NCBI GenBank assembly: GCA_900547655.1
Contig: URHQ01000001.1
Coordinates: 1,748-65,747 of the forward strand
Source: an uncultured Collinsella sp.
GTDB taxonomy: Bacteria; Actinomycetota; Coriobacteriia; Coriobacteriales; Coriobacteriaceae
DNA length: 64,000 nt
Direction of reading: 5' to 3'
The position numbers and the translations under genes are program-made. Numbering within the stretch: position 1 is the stretch's first letter; the number at the start of each line of letters is the position of its first letter. The notes beneath the pieces were generated by a model. The model was not told the origin of the DNA. It was given only the letters and a program-made list of their open reading frames with translations, and did not search any database. Shown here one piece after another: positions 62,503-64,000 of the stretch.

Positions 62503-64000
62503 ATGTTCGCTGCCGCCATCTCGCTCGTCGGTCTTGCGGCGACCGTCTACCTTGTCTTGCGCGAGGCCAAGGCCATTCGCGCTCAGTCAGGCACCGTTGC
62601 CAAGGGCGCCTTCGCCTGGAGCGTCGCCTTTGGCCTGTTCCAGCTCTTTTTGACCGTCTGGGGCGCCATTGGCCTCGTCGCGCAAAACGAGCCGCTCGCC
62701 TTCATGATGCTCATCCTGACCAACGCCATCCTCACCGGCTGCGCTTGGGCCAGCATCGCCCGCGACCGCATCGCCCCGCGCGTCTTTGCGTTCGCCGGGC
62801 CCGACGCCCCCGCCCCCACCGGCAAGCTCGCCCGCCTGCGCGGCGCCTTTGTGGGCAAACCGCTCGTCGCCGCCGTCCTGTGCCTGCTGCTCGCCGGCGT
62901 CTTTGCGCTGCTGGGCATGGAGGTCTCGTCCAACCACGACTTTACCTGGGTCTACCCCCTGTGCATCCTGCTCGAGTGGGCCATCATCACCACGCTCATG
63001 GTCGGCCTGTTCTTCCTGTTCCAGCGCCACGGCGCAGCCCCCGCGGTCTTGGCCTTTGCCCTCTTTGTCCTGGGCATTGCCGAGTTCTTCGTCATCACGT
63101 TTAAATCCATGCCCATCCAGCCGGGCGACCTTTCGGCCATCTCCACCGCCGCCGCGGTCGCCGGCACCGGCTACACCTTCTCGATCTCACTGTTCTGCGT
63201 GCTGTCCATGGGCTTTACCGCCATCGCCATGCTGCTATGCGAGTACGCCGGCCTGGTGGCACCGCACCGTCAGAAGGGCGCCGCCAACGCCAAGCGCATG
63301 CTGCTCACCAACCTGCTCGTCGCCGTGCTGTGCCTGGGCGGCGTGACCGCGCACGTCACGCTCATCGACTACTACAACACCCTCGGCATCACTGTCTACA
63401 CCTGGCGCCCGCTCGAGAGCTACTGGCGCGAGGGCTACCTGCCCGCCTTTATTAGTGCGGCACAGTCCATCAAGCCGCCCAAACCCGCCGACTACTCCGT
63501 CGACGATGCCAAGGCCACGCTCAAAAAGTACGCCAAGGCCTACGACAAGTCCGACGCTGCCAAGAGTGACGAGCGCACCGCCGCAAAGGAGCAGTTCGAC
63601 AGCGAGAAGCCCACGGTCATCGCCATCATGAACGAGACCTTCTCGGATCTGTCGATCTACCAGAACATGCGCGCCGGCTACGAGGGTCCGCAGTACTTTA
63701 AAAACCTGTCCGACTGCCTCAGCCGCGGCAAGCTCTACGTGAGCGCCTACGGCGGCGGCACCGCCAATACCGAGTTTGAGTTTATGACCGGCAACTCCAT
63801 GGCCAACCTGGGCTCGGGCGTGTACCCCTACACCATCTACAACATGGAAACGACCGGGAACCTGGCAGAGCAGTTCAAATCGCTCGGCTATTCCACCACG
63901 GCCATGCACCCCAATCACGCAACCAACTGGAACCGCGAGAACGTCTACAAGGACTTTGGCTTTGACCAGTTCCTGTCCATCAACGATTTCCAGGGAGCCG
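62503..64000 (+). CDS. LTA synthase / sulfatase family membrane protein (runs off window)
   Basis: GAGGAG RBS; multiple TMs, then IMNETFSD, GGGTANTEFEFMTG, HPNHATNWNR. Confidence 0.88.
   Translation, partial: MFAAAISLVGLAATVYLVLREAKAIRAQSGTVAKGAFAWSVAFGLFQLFLTVWGAIGLVAQNEPLAFMMLILTNAILTGCAWASIARDRIAPRVFAFAGPDAPAPTGKLARLRGAFVGKPLVAAVLCLLLAGVFALLGMEVSSNHDFTWVYPLCILLEWAIITTLMVGLFFLFQRHGAAPAVLAFALFVLGIAEFFVITFKSMPIQPGDLSAISTAAAVAGTGYTFSISLFCVLSMGFTAIAMLLCEYAGLVAPHRQKGAANAKRMLLTNLLVAVLCLGGVTAHVTLIDYYNTLGITVYTWRPLESYWREGYLPAFISAAQSIKPPKPADYSVDDAKATLKKYAKAYDKSDAAKSDERTAAKEQFDSEKPTVIAIMNETFSDLSIYQNMRAGYEGPQYFKNLSDCLSRGKLYVSAYGGGTANTEFEFMTGNSMANLGSGVYPYTIYNMETTGNLAEQFKSLGYSTTAMHPNHATNWNRENVYKDFGFDQFLSINDFQGA

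Overview
This is a GC-rich bacterial chromosome segment. Gene content and protein style suggest Coriobacteriia, probably Collinsella-like (inference). The left part is mostly housekeeping: a homocysteine S-methyltransferase running off the window start, a DtxR-type regulator, pepT, an LCP protein, murA, the F0F1 atp operon, upp, glpK, sua5, a hicAB pair, prmC and prfA. The middle holds an amino-acid ABC transporter with an M20 peptidase, two convergent paralogous GH4 + PTS IICB + RpiR units, pdxK, a MarR/ABC exporter operon and a nonsense-interrupted GGDEF gene. The right part holds a LysR/SDR/MFS/Gfo cluster, tex, a transaldolase, rlmKL, a kup-small protein-kdpD-kdpE unit and an LTA-synthase gene running off the end. 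I saw no rRNA, tRNA, CRISPR-cas, transposase or integrase. The most unusual signal is intergenic. (1) A modular repeat occurs three times with compensatory base changes in long hairpins. (2) Two elements share a conserved ~75-bp core but are flanked by unrelated long inverted repeats. (3) There is a three-unit palindrome array with an exact 62-bp period. (4) Several GGGAC/GTCCC REP-like families recur across the window.
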